Assembly (NCBI GenBank): GCA_903825395.1
Contig: CAIKAF010000021.1
Location: 25,927 to 89,926 of the forward strand
Direction: 5' to 3'
Length of the DNA stretch: 64,000 nt
Source: an uncultured Flavobacteriales bacterium
Lineage (GTDB): Bacteria > Bacteroidota > Bacteroidia > CAIKAF01
Shown: positions 10,350-20,126 of the stretch, in pieces
How the letters are laid out: every line of letters starts with the position of its first letter
Position numbering within the stretch: the first letter of the stretch is position 1
Position numbers and translations under genes: made by a program
The notes under the pieces: generated by a model
What the model saw: only the letters and a program-made list of their open reading frames with translations
Database searches by the model: none
Told to the model about the DNA's origin: nothing

Positions 10350-11559
10350 TCAGCACGCTATAATTGATTCCTTTTTCAACAAGCAATTCCTCATACAATG
10401 ATTTAACATCGGTCACCAACCTGGAATAGTGGAACCGCTGACTAACCCAATCCCAGCCTAAGTCCCCCATAGAAACCCGCAATTGTTGATCTGAAATTAA
10501 GGCCAACATGTGCTGGACGAATCCATTTAAATCTCCAGGCTCCGCCAACAAGGCCGTTTTCCCAGGCAAAACCACATTTTCAATTCCCCCAACACGCGTT
10601 GATACAATCGGTTTTCCTGAGGCCTGAGCCTCAATTAAACTTACTGGTGTTCCTTCGTTTAAAGAAGTTAAAGCTATAATATCCAATCCCGCATTAATTA
10701 CATCCACATCCTTCTGCCAACCTGCAAATACAACATCTGCATCCTTCGCCTTTTCTGGACTCGAGGCATGAATTAGCCCCAATGCATCGCAGACTTTTTC
10801 CAGTTCGTTTCTAAGCTCACCATCGCCCACCAAAATTGCTTTAATTCGTTTAAACGAACTTCGTTTTGCTTGAGCAAATGCCTGCAAAAAGAAGGTATGG
10901 TTTTTTATTGGAACCAATCTGCCAATTATTCCAATGGCTATTTCATCCGGAGCTATTTGAAAGGATCGGCGGAAAGCAATTCGCTTGTCATGCCGATTCT
11001 CTTGGAATCTGAACAAATCGAATCCCAATGGTATTACCGTTACTTTTTCTGAAGAACAAATGCGGTGCTCTTCTACCAATTCTGTTTTCTGAAGGTCCGA
11101 TAAGGCGATAATCCGGTCTGTCCGACGGGCCAATCGCCGTTCCACCGATTTGAAAAAATGGGTCTTCGCCTTATTGAAATAGGAATGAAAAACATGACCA
11201 TGAAAGGTATGCACTACAATCGGTACATTGCAGGCAAAAGCGGCCATACGCCCCAATCCCCCCGCCTTTGAGGCATGAGTATGAACAATGTCCGGCTTAA
11301 AACGCTCAATAATGGATTTTATCTTGAAATAGGCCTTGATGTCATTGTTGTAGTGGAGAGACCTCTGCATCTCAGGTATCAATAGGGGATGAACTCCCAC
11401 TTGCCTCAATATGAAATCCGAAGAATCTTCACTATCCTCTTTTTGACCACCCACCAAAAGTGAGGTATATTCCGCACCCAAATGCTTGGTTAAATAGGCC
11501 GCATTGTAGGTGGGCCCTCCCAAGTTAAATCGGTTGATGATGCGTAAAACTCTTGGCAT
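10330..11559 (-). CDS. Glycosyltransferase, group 1 (GT4 family)
   Basis: 409 aa; C-terminal GT-B motifs (EGTPVSLIEAQASGKPIVST). Overlaps the wza start by 20 nt, so operonic. Confidence 0.8.
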   Translation of the reverse strand: MPRVLRIINRFNLGGPTYNAAYLTKHLGAEYTSLLVGGQKEDSEDSSDFILRQVGVHPLLIPEMQRSLHYNNDIKAYFKIKSIIERFKPDIVHTHASKAGGLGRMAAFACNVPIVVHTFHGHVFHSYFNKAKTHFFKSVERRLARRTDRIIALSDLQKTELVEEHRICSSEKVTVIPLGFDLFRFQENRHDKRIAFRRSFQIAPDEIAIGIIGRLVPIKNHTFFLQAFAQAKRSSFKRIKAILVGDGELRNELEKVCDALGLIHASSPEKAKDADVVFAGWQKDVDVINAGLDIIALTSLNEGTPVSLIEAQASGKPIVSTRVGGIENVVLPGKTALLAEPGDLNGFVQHMLALISDQQLRVSMGDLGWDWVSQRFHYSRLVTDVKSLYEELLVEKGINYSVLNAIEAH

Positions 11560-11606
11560 TTTCCAAATTTTGGAATTATTTCCAAATTTAAAACAAAAAT
11601 AGATTT

Positions 11607-13496
11607 TTATTGGGATATTGTTTTGTCAAACCAGGTTTGCCAAACAAATAAACTCCATAATTTGAAATGCAATTCCCCGGGATCCTTGCTATCAAGCCGC
11701 TGTAGCTCAAGAGCTACAAGTTCTGGATTTAATATTTTTTGTGTTTTTATTTTTTCAAGGTCTAGGGTTTCTTTCAACAACCCTTTCAGCTCTCCACGAA
11801 ACCAAGGAAGCAATGGAACTTCAAATCCTTGCTTTCTTCGCTGCCAAATTTCTTGAGGCAATTCTTGCTTGAATGCATCAATTAAGAGCTTTTTCTTTCT
11901 TTTACCATCAATTTTAAATGATCTAGGCAACGCATGTACATATTGAACGAGTCTGTAGTCCAATAAAGGGACCCGAACTTCTAAAGAATTGGCCATACTC
12001 ATTAAATCAACCTTGGTAAGCATGTCAAATGGCAATACCAAGCGCAAATCAGCCTCTAAAACGGCATTGAAATCGAGTTCCAATGTTCCCCGACCATCGA
12101 TCAAAGGGCGCAACACATCAAGTTCACGCTCAACCAAATCAGGCTGCAACAACAATGCGTCAACCCAGGCATCATCAACCACACCCGCCCAAGCTCTATA
12201 CCTGTCAAATGCACTCTTTTGCCTTCCCTCATAAAATTTATTGATTTGCCGAATGGTGTTGCCCAGCTTGCCACTCCGACTGCCTTTGAAATTTTTGGTC
12301 AATGGATGAGCAAGGATAGCCAAACTGCGCTTTACTATGTCGTTCCGAATGGCCCATTCACCGGCATGCTTATGATATCCACTAAACAATTCGTCCCCGC
12401 CATCTCCAGACAATGCAACGGTAACGTGCTTTTTAGTCTCCTTCGATAATATAAATACTGGAAGAGCCGAACTGTCAGCAAATGGCATATCCAATTGTTG
12501 AAGCATTTCGGGAACATGACTCAATAAATCTTGATTGCATAACCTAAAGGTGGTGTGGTCTGTTCCATACAGTTTTGCTATATGCTCCGCATGCCTTGTT
12601 TCATCAAAGTAAGGTTGATCTTTAAAGCCAATGCTAAAGGTATGAAGCCCTTTTACCCGCTTTGCCGCTACAGAAACTACAATACTCGAATCTACACCTC
12701 CACTTAAAAAACTTCCCAAGGGTACATCCGAAACCAAGCGATCTGTTACGGAATCTTCTACCATTTTTTTTACTTGAATGCAGGCTTGTTCGTACGAGGG
12801 AATAGTGCTACTTCCTTCGCTCAACGTTTCCGGAAAACTCCACCACGCTATTGGCTGTCCAAAACCTTGCTCACTCAATTCCACCCAATGACCCGGCATT
12901 AATTGGTGCCCATTTCTAAATATGGAAAGTGGACCTGGAATATAACCCATCCGAAAGTAGGCACGTACTGCTGTCGGATTAATGTCTGGCCCCATCCCTA
13001 AAAAACGTAAAGCTTTATGTTCTGAACCGAAAAAATACCCTTGTTCTGTACTGCAAAGCCAAAGGGGTTTTATCCCCATTCGATCTCTACCCAACAAACA
13101 CACTTTTCTACTTCGATCAAAAAATGCAAACGCAAAAAAACCATTTAACCGAGGTAACAATTCGTTTCCCCATTGGATCAGACCAACCAATAAAACTTCC
13201 GTATCGCTTTCTGTCTTGAAGGAACGCCCCAAAGCTTCCAACTCAGTCCGAATTCTCCTGAAATTGTAGATTTCACCATTGTAGACTAAGGAATACCTCC
13301 CACAAGAGCTATTCATGGGTTGCTGAGCAGCTGAACTTAAATCTATTATGGCCAATCGAGCATGGCCCAAAAACCAGTTTTCAAAAAAAGCAACCTGCTG
13401 ATGGTCTGGTCCGCGAAGCTTTAGAGACTGAATCGAAGCTTCGGCAGCTGAAACGTTAATGGTTTCTTTAAAAAAACCGCCCGTTATACCACACAC
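11607..13496 (-). CDS. asnB: Asparagine synthase (glutamine-hydrolysing) family amidotransferase
   Basis: N-terminal MCGI (Cys2 nucleophile), class II glutamine amidotransferase domain, and synthetase domain with SGGVDSS PP-loop. Confidence 0.85.
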   Translation of the reverse strand: MCGITGGFFKETINVSAAEASIQSLKLRGPDHQQVAFFENWFLGHARLAIIDLSSAAQQPMNSSCGRYSLVYNGEIYNFRRIRTELEALGRSFKTESDTEVLLVGLIQWGNELLPRLNGFFAFAFFDRSRKVCLLGRDRMGIKPLWLCSTEQGYFFGSEHKALRFLGMGPDINPTAVRAYFRMGYIPGPLSIFRNGHQLMPGHWVELSEQGFGQPIAWWSFPETLSEGSSTIPSYEQACIQVKKMVEDSVTDRLVSDVPLGSFLSGGVDSSIVVSVAAKRVKGLHTFSIGFKDQPYFDETRHAEHIAKLYGTDHTTFRLCNQDLLSHVPEMLQQLDMPFADSSALPVFILSKETKKHVTVALSGDGGDELFSGYHKHAGEWAIRNDIVKRSLAILAHPLTKNFKGSRSGKLGNTIRQINKFYEGRQKSAFDRYRAWAGVVDDAWVDALLLQPDLVERELDVLRPLIDGRGTLELDFNAVLEADLRLVLPFDMLTKVDLMSMANSLEVRVPLLDYRLVQYVHALPRSFKIDGKRKKKLLIDAFKQELPQEIWQRRKQGFEVPLLPWFRGELKGLLKETLDLEKIKTQKILNPELVALELQRLDSKDPGELHFKLWSLFVWQTWFDKTISQ

Positions 13497-13508
13497 GCCA
13501 GAAACGAA

Positions 13509-14897
13509 TCACAAATGAATTACCTCACCATACGCAGCGGCTGCGGCCTCCATGACTGCTTCTGACATGGTAGGGTGGGGGTGAATGGCAGTGATGATTT
13601 CATGCCCGGTCGTCTCTAGTTTACGAGCCATTACAATTTCGGCAATCATTTCTGTCACATTGGCTCCCACCATATGCGCTCCAAGCAATTCACCATATTT
13701 TTCGTCAAAAATTAATTTGACAAAGCCGTCTTTGGCTCCAGCAGCGCTGGCTTTTCCAGAAGCACTAAAGGGGAATTTTCCAACCTTAATGGAATATCCT
13801 GCCTCTTTCGCTGATTTTTCGGTATATCCAACCGAAGCAACTTCCGGATAGGTGTATGTGCATCCAGGAATATTGGTGTAATCAATGGGATGTGGATTTT
13901 TCCCAGCTATTTTTTCAATGCAAACAATGGCTTCATGCGACGCCAAATGAGCTAGGGCCGGACCAGGAATTAGATCTCCAATGGCATATACCCCCGAAAC
14001 GTTGGTTTCATAGAATTCATTCACCAGTACTTTTCCCCGTTCTGTTTTAATTCCAACCTTTTCAATCCCCAAATGTTCAATGTTGGCTTCAATACCAACC
14101 GCAGATAACACTACGTCAGCAACCAACGTCTCTTTCTTTCCATCTTTTGATACCACAACTTCAACCTCTTTTCCTTTTACCGATGCCTTTTCTACAGTTG
14201 TGCCCGTCCGTATTTCTATGCCCTGCTTTTTGAAAATCTTCTCCATGGTTTTTGAAGATTCCTCATCCTCTACAGGAAGGATGTTGGGCATGTACTCAAT
14301 TAAGGTAACTTTCGTTCCTATGGCATTATAGAAATAGGAAAACTCACTACCTATTGCACCCGAACCCACTACAATCATTCGCTTGGGCTGCTCCTTCAAG
14401 GTCATAGCCTCACGGTATCCAATTATGCGTTCTCCGTCTTGAGGTATGCTATCAATTTTTCTCGACCGTGCTCCAGTTGCCAAAACAATGTGCTTGGCCT
14501 GATATAACACAGATTTACCCTCTGAATCAGTAACGGTTACAGCCCCTTTCCCCTCTAGTTTTCCTGACCCCATGATGACCTCAATTTTGTTTTTCCGCAT
14601 CAGGAATTGTACTCCCTTAGACATTCCATCGGCGACTTGTCTGGAACGCGAAATCATATCTCCAAATTGGGCTTCAATTTCTTTCACTTTTATGCCATAC
14701 TCTCCAGCATGTTTCAAGTAATCAAACACCTGAGCACTTTTTAAAAGAGCTTTGGTTGGAATACAACCCCAATTCAAACATATTCCACCCAAATTTTCAC
14801 GCTCAACCACAGCCACCTTTAAACCAAGTTGGGCCGCACGAATGGCTGCCACATACCCCCCAGGACCACTTCCAATTACCAAAACATCGTAGATCAT
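13509..14897 (-). CDS. lpdA: Dihydrolipoyl dehydrogenase (E3)
   Basis: FAD-binding GSGPGGY, redox-active disulfide GGICLNWGCIPTK, NAD-binding GSGAIGSE, and C-terminal dimerisation HAHPT. Confidence 0.9.
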   Translation of the reverse strand: MIYDVLVIGSGPGGYVAAIRAAQLGLKVAVVERENLGGICLNWGCIPTKALLKSAQVFDYLKHAGEYGIKVKEIEAQFGDMISRSRQVADGMSKGVQFLMRKNKIEVIMGSGKLEGKGAVTVTDSEGKSVLYQAKHIVLATGARSRKIDSIPQDGERIIGYREAMTLKEQPKRMIVVGSGAIGSEFSYFYNAIGTKVTLIEYMPNILPVEDEESSKTMEKIFKKQGIEIRTGTTVEKASVKGKEVEVVVSKDGKKETLVADVVLSAVGIEANIEHLGIEKVGIKTERGKVLVNEFYETNVSGVYAIGDLIPGPALAHLASHEAIVCIEKIAGKNPHPIDYTNIPGCTYTYPEVASVGYTEKSAKEAGYSIKVGKFPFSASGKASAAGAKDGFVKLIFDEKYGELLGAHMVGANVTEMIAEIVMARKLETTGHEIITAIHPHPTMSEAVMEAAAAAYGEVIHL

Positions 14898-15039
14898 TTC
14901 TTTTCAATTTTAGACCGCTAAAGTACATATTTTAAACCGAATTGTAGGGAATGCTTCCCCACAGGGTTGGGTAAAACCTGGATATGATTTAGGACCTTCC
15001 CCCTTTAATCTAAGTGGTTCAAGATGTTTCCGCTTATCT

Positions 15040-15579
15040 TTGGACTCAATATCAAAACGAATGAACCTACTGAAGTACACCTTAGAGATGAAATGGGCCA
15101 TCTTTTTCAACGTTATTTTATTAGCTTGGATGGTATTTGAACGAGTTTCAGGTTGGCACGATACGCACATTCACTTGCACCAAACCAGAACAAATCTTTT
15201 CGCCATTCCTGCTATCTTAATGTATTTGTTCGCGCTTTTAGATTTTAAACGGGATACTGCTTTTTTGCATCTGCCCTTTAAAATGGGTTTTTTATTTGGA
15301 TTCCGAACTACTCTTTTCATTACGGTACTTAGTCCATTTATGCAATTGATTGTCAGCTACGTCATTACTCCCCATTTTTTTGACAATGCCATTCAATATT
15401 CTGTGTCTAGCGGGTATTTCAGCCTTCCCGAAGCTGAAGCCTATTTTAATATTAAAAGTTACCTGATGATGAGTGTTATTGGCTCTCTAATTATGGGTAT
15501 AGCAACTTCAGCTCTCGTTTCAGGTTGCTTTTCTCTGTTTCAATTGATTAAAAAATCAGCCCATGGAAAAGTATCGTGA
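15040..15579 (+). CDS. Hypothetical polytopic membrane protein (possibly DUF4199-like)
   Basis: 179 aa with 4-5 hydrophobic segments. No catalytic motif recognised. Confidence 0.45.
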   Translation: MDSISKRMNLLKYTLEMKWAIFFNVILLAWMVFERVSGWHDTHIHLHQTRTNLFAIPAILMYLFALLDFKRDTAFLHLPFKMGFLFGFRTTLFITVLSPFMQLIVSYVITPHFFDNAIQYSVSSGYFSLPEAEAYFNIKSYLMMSVIGSLIMGIATSALVSGCFSLFQLIKKSAHGKVS

Positions 15580-16210
15580 AAACGGACCATTTTATTCCTT
15601 TGAGGGACATACCCCTTCTATTCACCCCACAGCGTTTGTACACCCTTCTGCATCGGTGATTGGTCGCGTTTGGATTGGCGAGGACGTTTTTATCGGCCCT
15701 GGAGCCGTGCTCCGCGGAGATTTCGGTAGTATTGAAGTTGAAGCAGGTGCCAACATTCAAGACAATTGTGTGGTTCATATGTTCCCGGGCGACACGGTTC
15801 GCATTTTAGAAGGAGCACACGTCGGACATGCTGCCGTGGTGCATGGAGCTCTGGTGGGCAAAAATGTCCTTATTGGCATGTCCTCTGTTCTTATGGATAA
15901 GGTTGAAATTGGCGACGAATCCATCGTTGGCGCCCTTTCGTTTGTTCCAACCGGAATGAAAATTCCAAGCAGAAAACTGCTGCTAGGAAATCCCGCAAGA
16001 ATCATCAAAGATGTTTCTCCAGAAATGCTGGAATGGAAAACACTCGGCACGCTATTGTACCAAAAACTACCCGCAGCCTGCCAGCAATCTTTGTCTTCAG
16101 TCCCACCAAGAATAATGGAATCCAACCCGGGATTTTCGCTCGACCATGGCCTGGCTGATACAGAATATAAAATTTGGAAAGAAAGTCAATCAAAAACCGA
16201 TAACAACTGA
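15563..16210 (+). CDS. Gamma carbonic anhydrase family / hexapeptide-repeat (left-handed beta-helix) protein
   Basis: Hexapeptide repeats (IGRVWIGEDVFIGPGAVL) and conserved His residues typical of gamma-CA-like proteins. Overlaps the upstream gene by 17 nt. Confidence 0.75.
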   Translation: MEKYRENGPFYSFEGHTPSIHPTAFVHPSASVIGRVWIGEDVFIGPGAVLRGDFGSIEVEAGANIQDNCVVHMFPGDTVRILEGAHVGHAAVVHGALVGKNVLIGMSSVLMDKVEIGDESIVGALSFVPTGMKIPSRKLLLGNPARIIKDVSPEMLEWKTLGTLLYQKLPAACQQSLSSVPPRIMESNPGFSLDHGLADTEYKIWKESQSKTDNN

Positions 16211-16317
16211 GCCATTTCAACTCCATGGTTTATTTTTGGCATTCTTTTTGGAATTACCCAACAGCTTTAACTACTGCATTGCTTTTAAAACCTTTATAAC
16301 TAATAACAAACACCACC

Positions 16318-17436
16318 ATGCGTTCAATCTACTTTTTAATTTTCTCGGTGCTCTTCCTTCCTGTTTTTTCATGGGCACAACCTTGTACTACTCCGATGTC
16401 AAATGCAGCATTCCAACAAGGTTTGGCTCGAGTCAAAACTGCAGGTTCAGAATTGGGTATGAGCCAATCCGCAGCCTTGTTGGCCAATCAATGCCTAAGC
16501 TCAGCCCAAGTAAAGGCCATTGTCCTACTTCTTCCTTCAGATCAAAGCAAGTATGATTTTGCTCTTATGGCATTTTCTAAAACGGTAGATAAGGTGAATT
16601 TTTATGACGTTTACGACGGTTTCGCATATTTTTCAACTGTTTTCAGACTCCACGATGCCACTGCAACCATTGGTCAACCAACCCCCCAACCCGAACCAAC
16701 TAAAATTGACTTCAAACAATCTAAAATGGTTGTAGAGTCCCCGAAAAAACGAAACTGGCCCGCTCTTGGATACCCTTCCATCGATAATTATCTAGGCAAT
16801 ACCGGCTGCATTGAGCCCATGCCCGAATCGGATTTTGATGAATTAACCAGGGACCTCCCTGCGACGGTTGCAGAAGATCAAGCCCAACGCCTTTGCCGCT
16901 CATTGATTGAAAAGAAACAATGCCTTTCTACTGCACAGATCATGAAGCTGTCCACTCTTATGAACCAACAGCAAAATCGCTTGAATTTCTTTAAAGATGC
17001 GATTAATATTGTATACGATGAAGACAATTATGCCCGCTGTGGCGATGCCCTCACTTTACCCAATTTGAAACGCGATTTCAGTATGTTCATCAATGGGCGT
17101 CCTTCTCCCAATGAACCCGCTACTCCAGCCACTCCAGCCTGCTCTGTCTCCGCTCAAGAACAAAAAGAAATGATAGACGAATTATCAAAAATTGCTTTTT
17201 CAAATACCAAATCAACGGTGGCTAGACAAGTTATTGCTTCCAAAAAATGCTTCACAACAGCTCAAATTATGGAAGTTCTTAATCTGTTTTCTTTTGAACA
17301 AGATAAACTCAATATGGCGAAATATGCCTACGCCTTCTGCATTGATAAAGGCAATTACTTTAAAATAAACAGTTTGTTCTCGTACAGCTCAAGCAAAGAA
17401 GAGCTAACTCGGTTTGTAAGTAACGCCGGACAATAA
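16318..17436 (+). CDS. Secreted protein with three tandem Cys-containing internal repeats (DUF4476-like)
   Basis: Signal peptide. Three degenerate repeats of about 100 aa, each beginning xQC(L/F)S(T/S)AQ(V/I)(K/M).. and ending in an aromatic-rich segment. Confidence 0.5.
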   Translation: MRSIYFLIFSVLFLPVFSWAQPCTTPMSNAAFQQGLARVKTAGSELGMSQSAALLANQCLSSAQVKAIVLLLPSDQSKYDFALMAFSKTVDKVNFYDVYDGFAYFSTVFRLHDATATIGQPTPQPEPTKIDFKQSKMVVESPKKRNWPALGYPSIDNYLGNTGCIEPMPESDFDELTRDLPATVAEDQAQRLCRSLIEKKQCLSTAQIMKLSTLMNQQQNRLNFFKDAINIVYDEDNYARCGDALTLPNLKRDFSMFINGRPSPNEPATPATPACSVSAQEQKEMIDELSKIAFSNTKSTVARQVIASKKCFTTAQIMEVLNLFSFEQDKLNMAKYAYAFCIDKGNYFKINSLFSYSSSKEELTRFVSNAGQ

Positions 17437-17444
17437 CCTTAGGT

Positions 17445-17951
17445 ATGCAGACGCCTCCCTCATTACCTCTTAAAGACCGACCATTTGATCGGTTTTTTAT
17501 GCTGGTTTTTACGCTGTTCTTTATCACCTCCATGATTTCAGATTCCATCCCTACTATTTTGGGAGAACCTATGGCGGCCGATAGCCCCAATATTTTGGTG
17601 CGATGGAACTATGCCTATGCCTACCAATGTGATCCACTTTTCTTAAATCCACCACACTGGATGCGCATGGTTACTGGCCTTAGCGCTTTCGTTTACGGCC
17701 CCTTTTATCTGGTTTTAGTATATGCCATCTGGAAAGGGCTAAATTGGATTCATGTTCCTGCTATTATGTATGCTACTGCAATCTCGGTGATAACAGGTGT
17801 TATCGTTTTTGGAGTTGAATTTTTTGGGGAACCAGAATGGCGCTGCCAAAATCCAGCCCGATTCCTTCCTCTAAATTTACCTTATGTGCTGATCCCCTTT
17901 TTGTTACTCATCCGTATGAGAAAACCATTTCCCTTTTCACGAAAATTTTAG
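17445..17951 (+). CDS. Hypothetical 4-TM membrane protein (possibly EXPERA/TMEM97-like fold)
   Basis: 168 aa, four hydrophobic helices, Trp/Tyr-rich loops. Assignment to EXPERA is a guess. Confidence 0.4.
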   Translation: MQTPPSLPLKDRPFDRFFMLVFTLFFITSMISDSIPTILGEPMAADSPNILVRWNYAYAYQCDPLFLNPPHWMRMVTGLSAFVYGPFYLVLVYAIWKGLNWIHVPAIMYATAISVITGVIVFGVEFFGEPEWRCQNPARFLPLNLPYVLIPFLLLIRMRKPFPFSRKF

Positions 17952-18041
17952 TGGTTTTTTTAAGGGAAGGATTTTGCAACGTAAAAAAAAGCCCTACATT
18001 TGCACTCCCGATTTCAGTTGAAATCATGTTCTTTTTATAAT

Positions 18042-18115
18042 GGTCCGGTAGTTCAGTTGGTTAGAATACATGCCTGTCACGCATGGGGTCGCGGGTTCGA
18101 GTCCCGTCCGGACCG
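18042..18115 (+). tRNA. tRNA-Asp (anticodon GUC)
   Basis: Cloverleaf folded by hand: acceptor GGTCCGG/CCGGACC, anticodon stem CATGC/GCATG with loop CTGTCAC, T-loop TTCGAGT, discriminator G. No encoded CCA. Confidence 0.85.
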
Positions 18116-18123
18116 CTAAAACT

Positions 18124-18149
18124 TCAAGGTTTCCCTTGGAGTTTTTTTT
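18124..18149 (+). terminator. Intrinsic terminator downstream of tRNA-Asp
   Basis: Hairpin CAAGG-tttc-CCTTG followed by T8. Confidence 0.45.
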
Positions 18150-18152
18150 GTT

Positions 18153-18306
18153 TTAGGGCGGGTACGGGCTTTCAGAGCTAGTCCGCGGTTCATGATTCGG
18201 ACTGCAGTGGCTTTAGGGTAGCTCCCAAGGTCGCTCCCTAAAGCGCACGCAGCCCAGAATCATGTCCCTTTCGGGCTAGCATCTTCAATCCCTCCCGCGG
18301 CGGCCC
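18153..18306. repeat. GC-rich extragenic repeat element, copy 2 (orientation A)
   Basis: GGGCGGGTACGGGCTTTCAGAGCTAGTCCGC ... GGTAGCTCCCAAGGTCGCTCC ... TTCAATCCCTCCCGCGGCGGCC. Lies 38 nt downstream of tRNA-Asp. Confidence 0.7.
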
Positions 18307-18697
18307 CACTAGTTTTAACCAAATGAAACAGCATGTGCCTGTTTTCGGCATCCAAATACAAGGGGAATTTTAAGTTTTTCCCTGCATCAAGACTAGATAG
18401 GGTGCTTACCCAATGCCCCTCTAATGATAAAAATGGGGCAACCTTAAGCGCCTTCTCAAACGCCTCTACTTCTTCACTACGTAAATCAATCATCCATAAG
18501 GTCGGACCTGCAGCTATGCCGGTCACAGCATTAAAACTACTCCGAACCTCACGCAATTCCACCCAAAATCCTTTTGAATAACAGGCCAATAAAAACGCCT
18601 CAGCAGCCTCTTTATTGGTGTATTCTCCAATGCAGACCCAGGGGGGCTGCTGAATCCCTAAAAAATGAATTATCAAATTTTTAAAACCCGCCAGCAT
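18260..18697 (-). CDS. Hypothetical protein (145 aa); the last ~15 codons and the stop lie inside repeat copy 2
   Basis: ORF only. The Ala/Gly-rich C-terminus (SGAAAGGIEDASPKGT) is encoded by the repeat element. Confidence 0.35.
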   Translation of the reverse strand: MLAGFKNLIIHFLGIQQPPWVCIGEYTNKEAAEAFLLACYSKGFWVELREVRSSFNAVTGIAAGPTLWMIDLRSEEVEAFEKALKVAPFLSLEGHWVSTLSSLDAGKNLKFPLYLDAENRHMLFHLVKTSGAAAGGIEDASPKGT

Positions 18698-18701
18698 TCC
18701 C

Positions 18702-20126
18702 TCAAGGCTTAAATGCTTTTAACCGCCATTTTTTAGATGTTATAAAGTACAATCCTTCTGGAAGAGAATACCTGGGATGTACGCTGATTTTCTCTCCATA
18801 AACACCGAATGAAAATGGGATTTGAGTCCCTCGGATATCCAACAACTGTAGGTCAGCCTCGCTAAAGTTCACCTCTGACCTGTTAATTTCCCAAGCCTGT
18901 AAGCCCCGATTCCAAACGGGAAAATCAGAATTTAATTTCACCATTTCCGTCTGCAATAATGCACTGAATCGACCCTGTAAATCCATCATTGAATCGGGCT
19001 GTACTTTCCAAATAAAATGCCGCTGGTTTAGGCTCCCAGAGGCATACATTTCTCCATTGGGCCGAAGCAGCAATCCATACGAAATGCCTATATATGGGAA
19101 ATTTAAACTGCTGTATCGTCCTCCTGAAAACGATTTATCCATTTTGATTATGTAAGGATTAATCGGCGAGCCCGGATAAAAGCTCGTGCTATAACCTGAA
19201 ACGAGCAGGGAGTCATCAGAAGTACAAACCAACGAGAATCCGGCTTCAGTACCTGTCCCGCCAAAATAACCCCACCGTTGCACATTTCCCTGTGTAGAGG
19301 TAGAAACAAGGAAGATGTCAAATGCTGGACCAGAATTGGTTGTAGATTCCCCGGCCATAAAAACCCTTCCTGCAGCATCAATCTCCAACACATAGTTGCC
19401 ATTGGCATTGGCATCTGAAATCAGGCTATCGCTAAGCCATTGTCCTTGGCTATCAATAAAAGCAAGATAATTTCCATACGAACTGGTTTCAAAATCACCC
19501 GAAATTGCCCAGGCTTGTTTTCCTGAATGCCACCGTATTCCATGCCCAACATCATTCAAAGGCCCACCCAGCGTCCGTTCCCACTCCAGATTCCCCAACG
19601 AATCCAATTGGCCAATCCATATATCGCTGCTGTTGTTTTGTCCAGAAGTTCGGTAGCCAACAAACCCTATTTTTCCTTGTGGTCCTATGCTGCTTCGCTT
19701 TATGCTGGATGAACCAAAAAATACAGGGAATTCTACAGATTTAATGGTGTCACCTTGTGTATCAAACCAAATCAATACTCCTACCGAATTGCCGGAAGGT
19801 AAATAATACCCACCACAGCCTAAAAACTCAGCTCCATTGGGCAACGGCTCTATTGTGCCTGGAAATGCAGGCCCCGGAAATAGATAGCGTTTGGAACTTA
19901 ACACATTTAAGGCGGTATCTACCTGATAGCTGACAAATGCATCCTGTGCATTGGCATCGCTGCGCTCTGTTCCAAAAAAAAGAAATGTACTTTGGCTCGA
20001 ATTCCAAACCATATTGCGCCCCTGACAAAATCCTTGGTCCGGTCCAAAAAAAACTGTCTGGCTGCTCAAGCTTAGGCTAAAACAGCATAAGATTAAATTA
20101 AAACGGACAACCAAGGTTGAATTCAT
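18702..20126 (-). CDS. Secreted protein, possible T9SS substrate (C-terminal sorting-domain-like segment)
   Basis: Signal peptide. C-terminal ~80 aa resemble a T9SS CTD (beta-sandwich ending ...GLYFITSKK...). Confidence 0.45.
   Translation of the reverse strand: MNSTLVVRFNLILCCFSLSLSSQTVFFGPDQGFCQGRNMVWNSSQSTFLFFGTERSDANAQDAFVSYQVDTALNVLSSKRYLFPGPAFPGTIEPLPNGAEFLGCGGYYLPSGNSVGVLIWFDTQGDTIKSVEFPVFFGSSSIKRSSIGPQGKIGFVGYRTSGQNNSSDIWIGQLDSLGNLEWERTLGGPLNDVGHGIRWHSGKQAWAISGDFETSSYGNYLAFIDSQGQWLSDSLISDANANGNYVLEIDAAGRVFMAGESTTNSGPAFDIFLVSTSTQGNVQRWGYFGGTGTEAGFSLVCTSDDSLLVSGYSTSFYPGSPINPYIIKMDKSFSGGRYSSLNFPYIGISYGLLLRPNGEMYASGSLNQRHFIWKVQPDSMMDLQGRFSALLQTEMVKLNSDFPVWNRGLQAWEINRSEVNFSEADLQLLDIRGTQIPFSFGVYGEKISVHPRYSLPEGLYFITSKKWRLKAFKP

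Noticed and set aside
14910-15170. 86-aa minus-strand ORF between lpdA and the membrane protein gene
   Set aside because: It overlaps the start of the plus-strand membrane protein gene and its likely promoter region and has no motif. Likely spurious.
16146-16556. 136-aa plus-strand ORF spanning the gamma-CA stop and the DUF4476 start
   Set aside because: Out-of-frame overlap with two better-supported genes (signal peptide and internal repeats in the 16318 frame).
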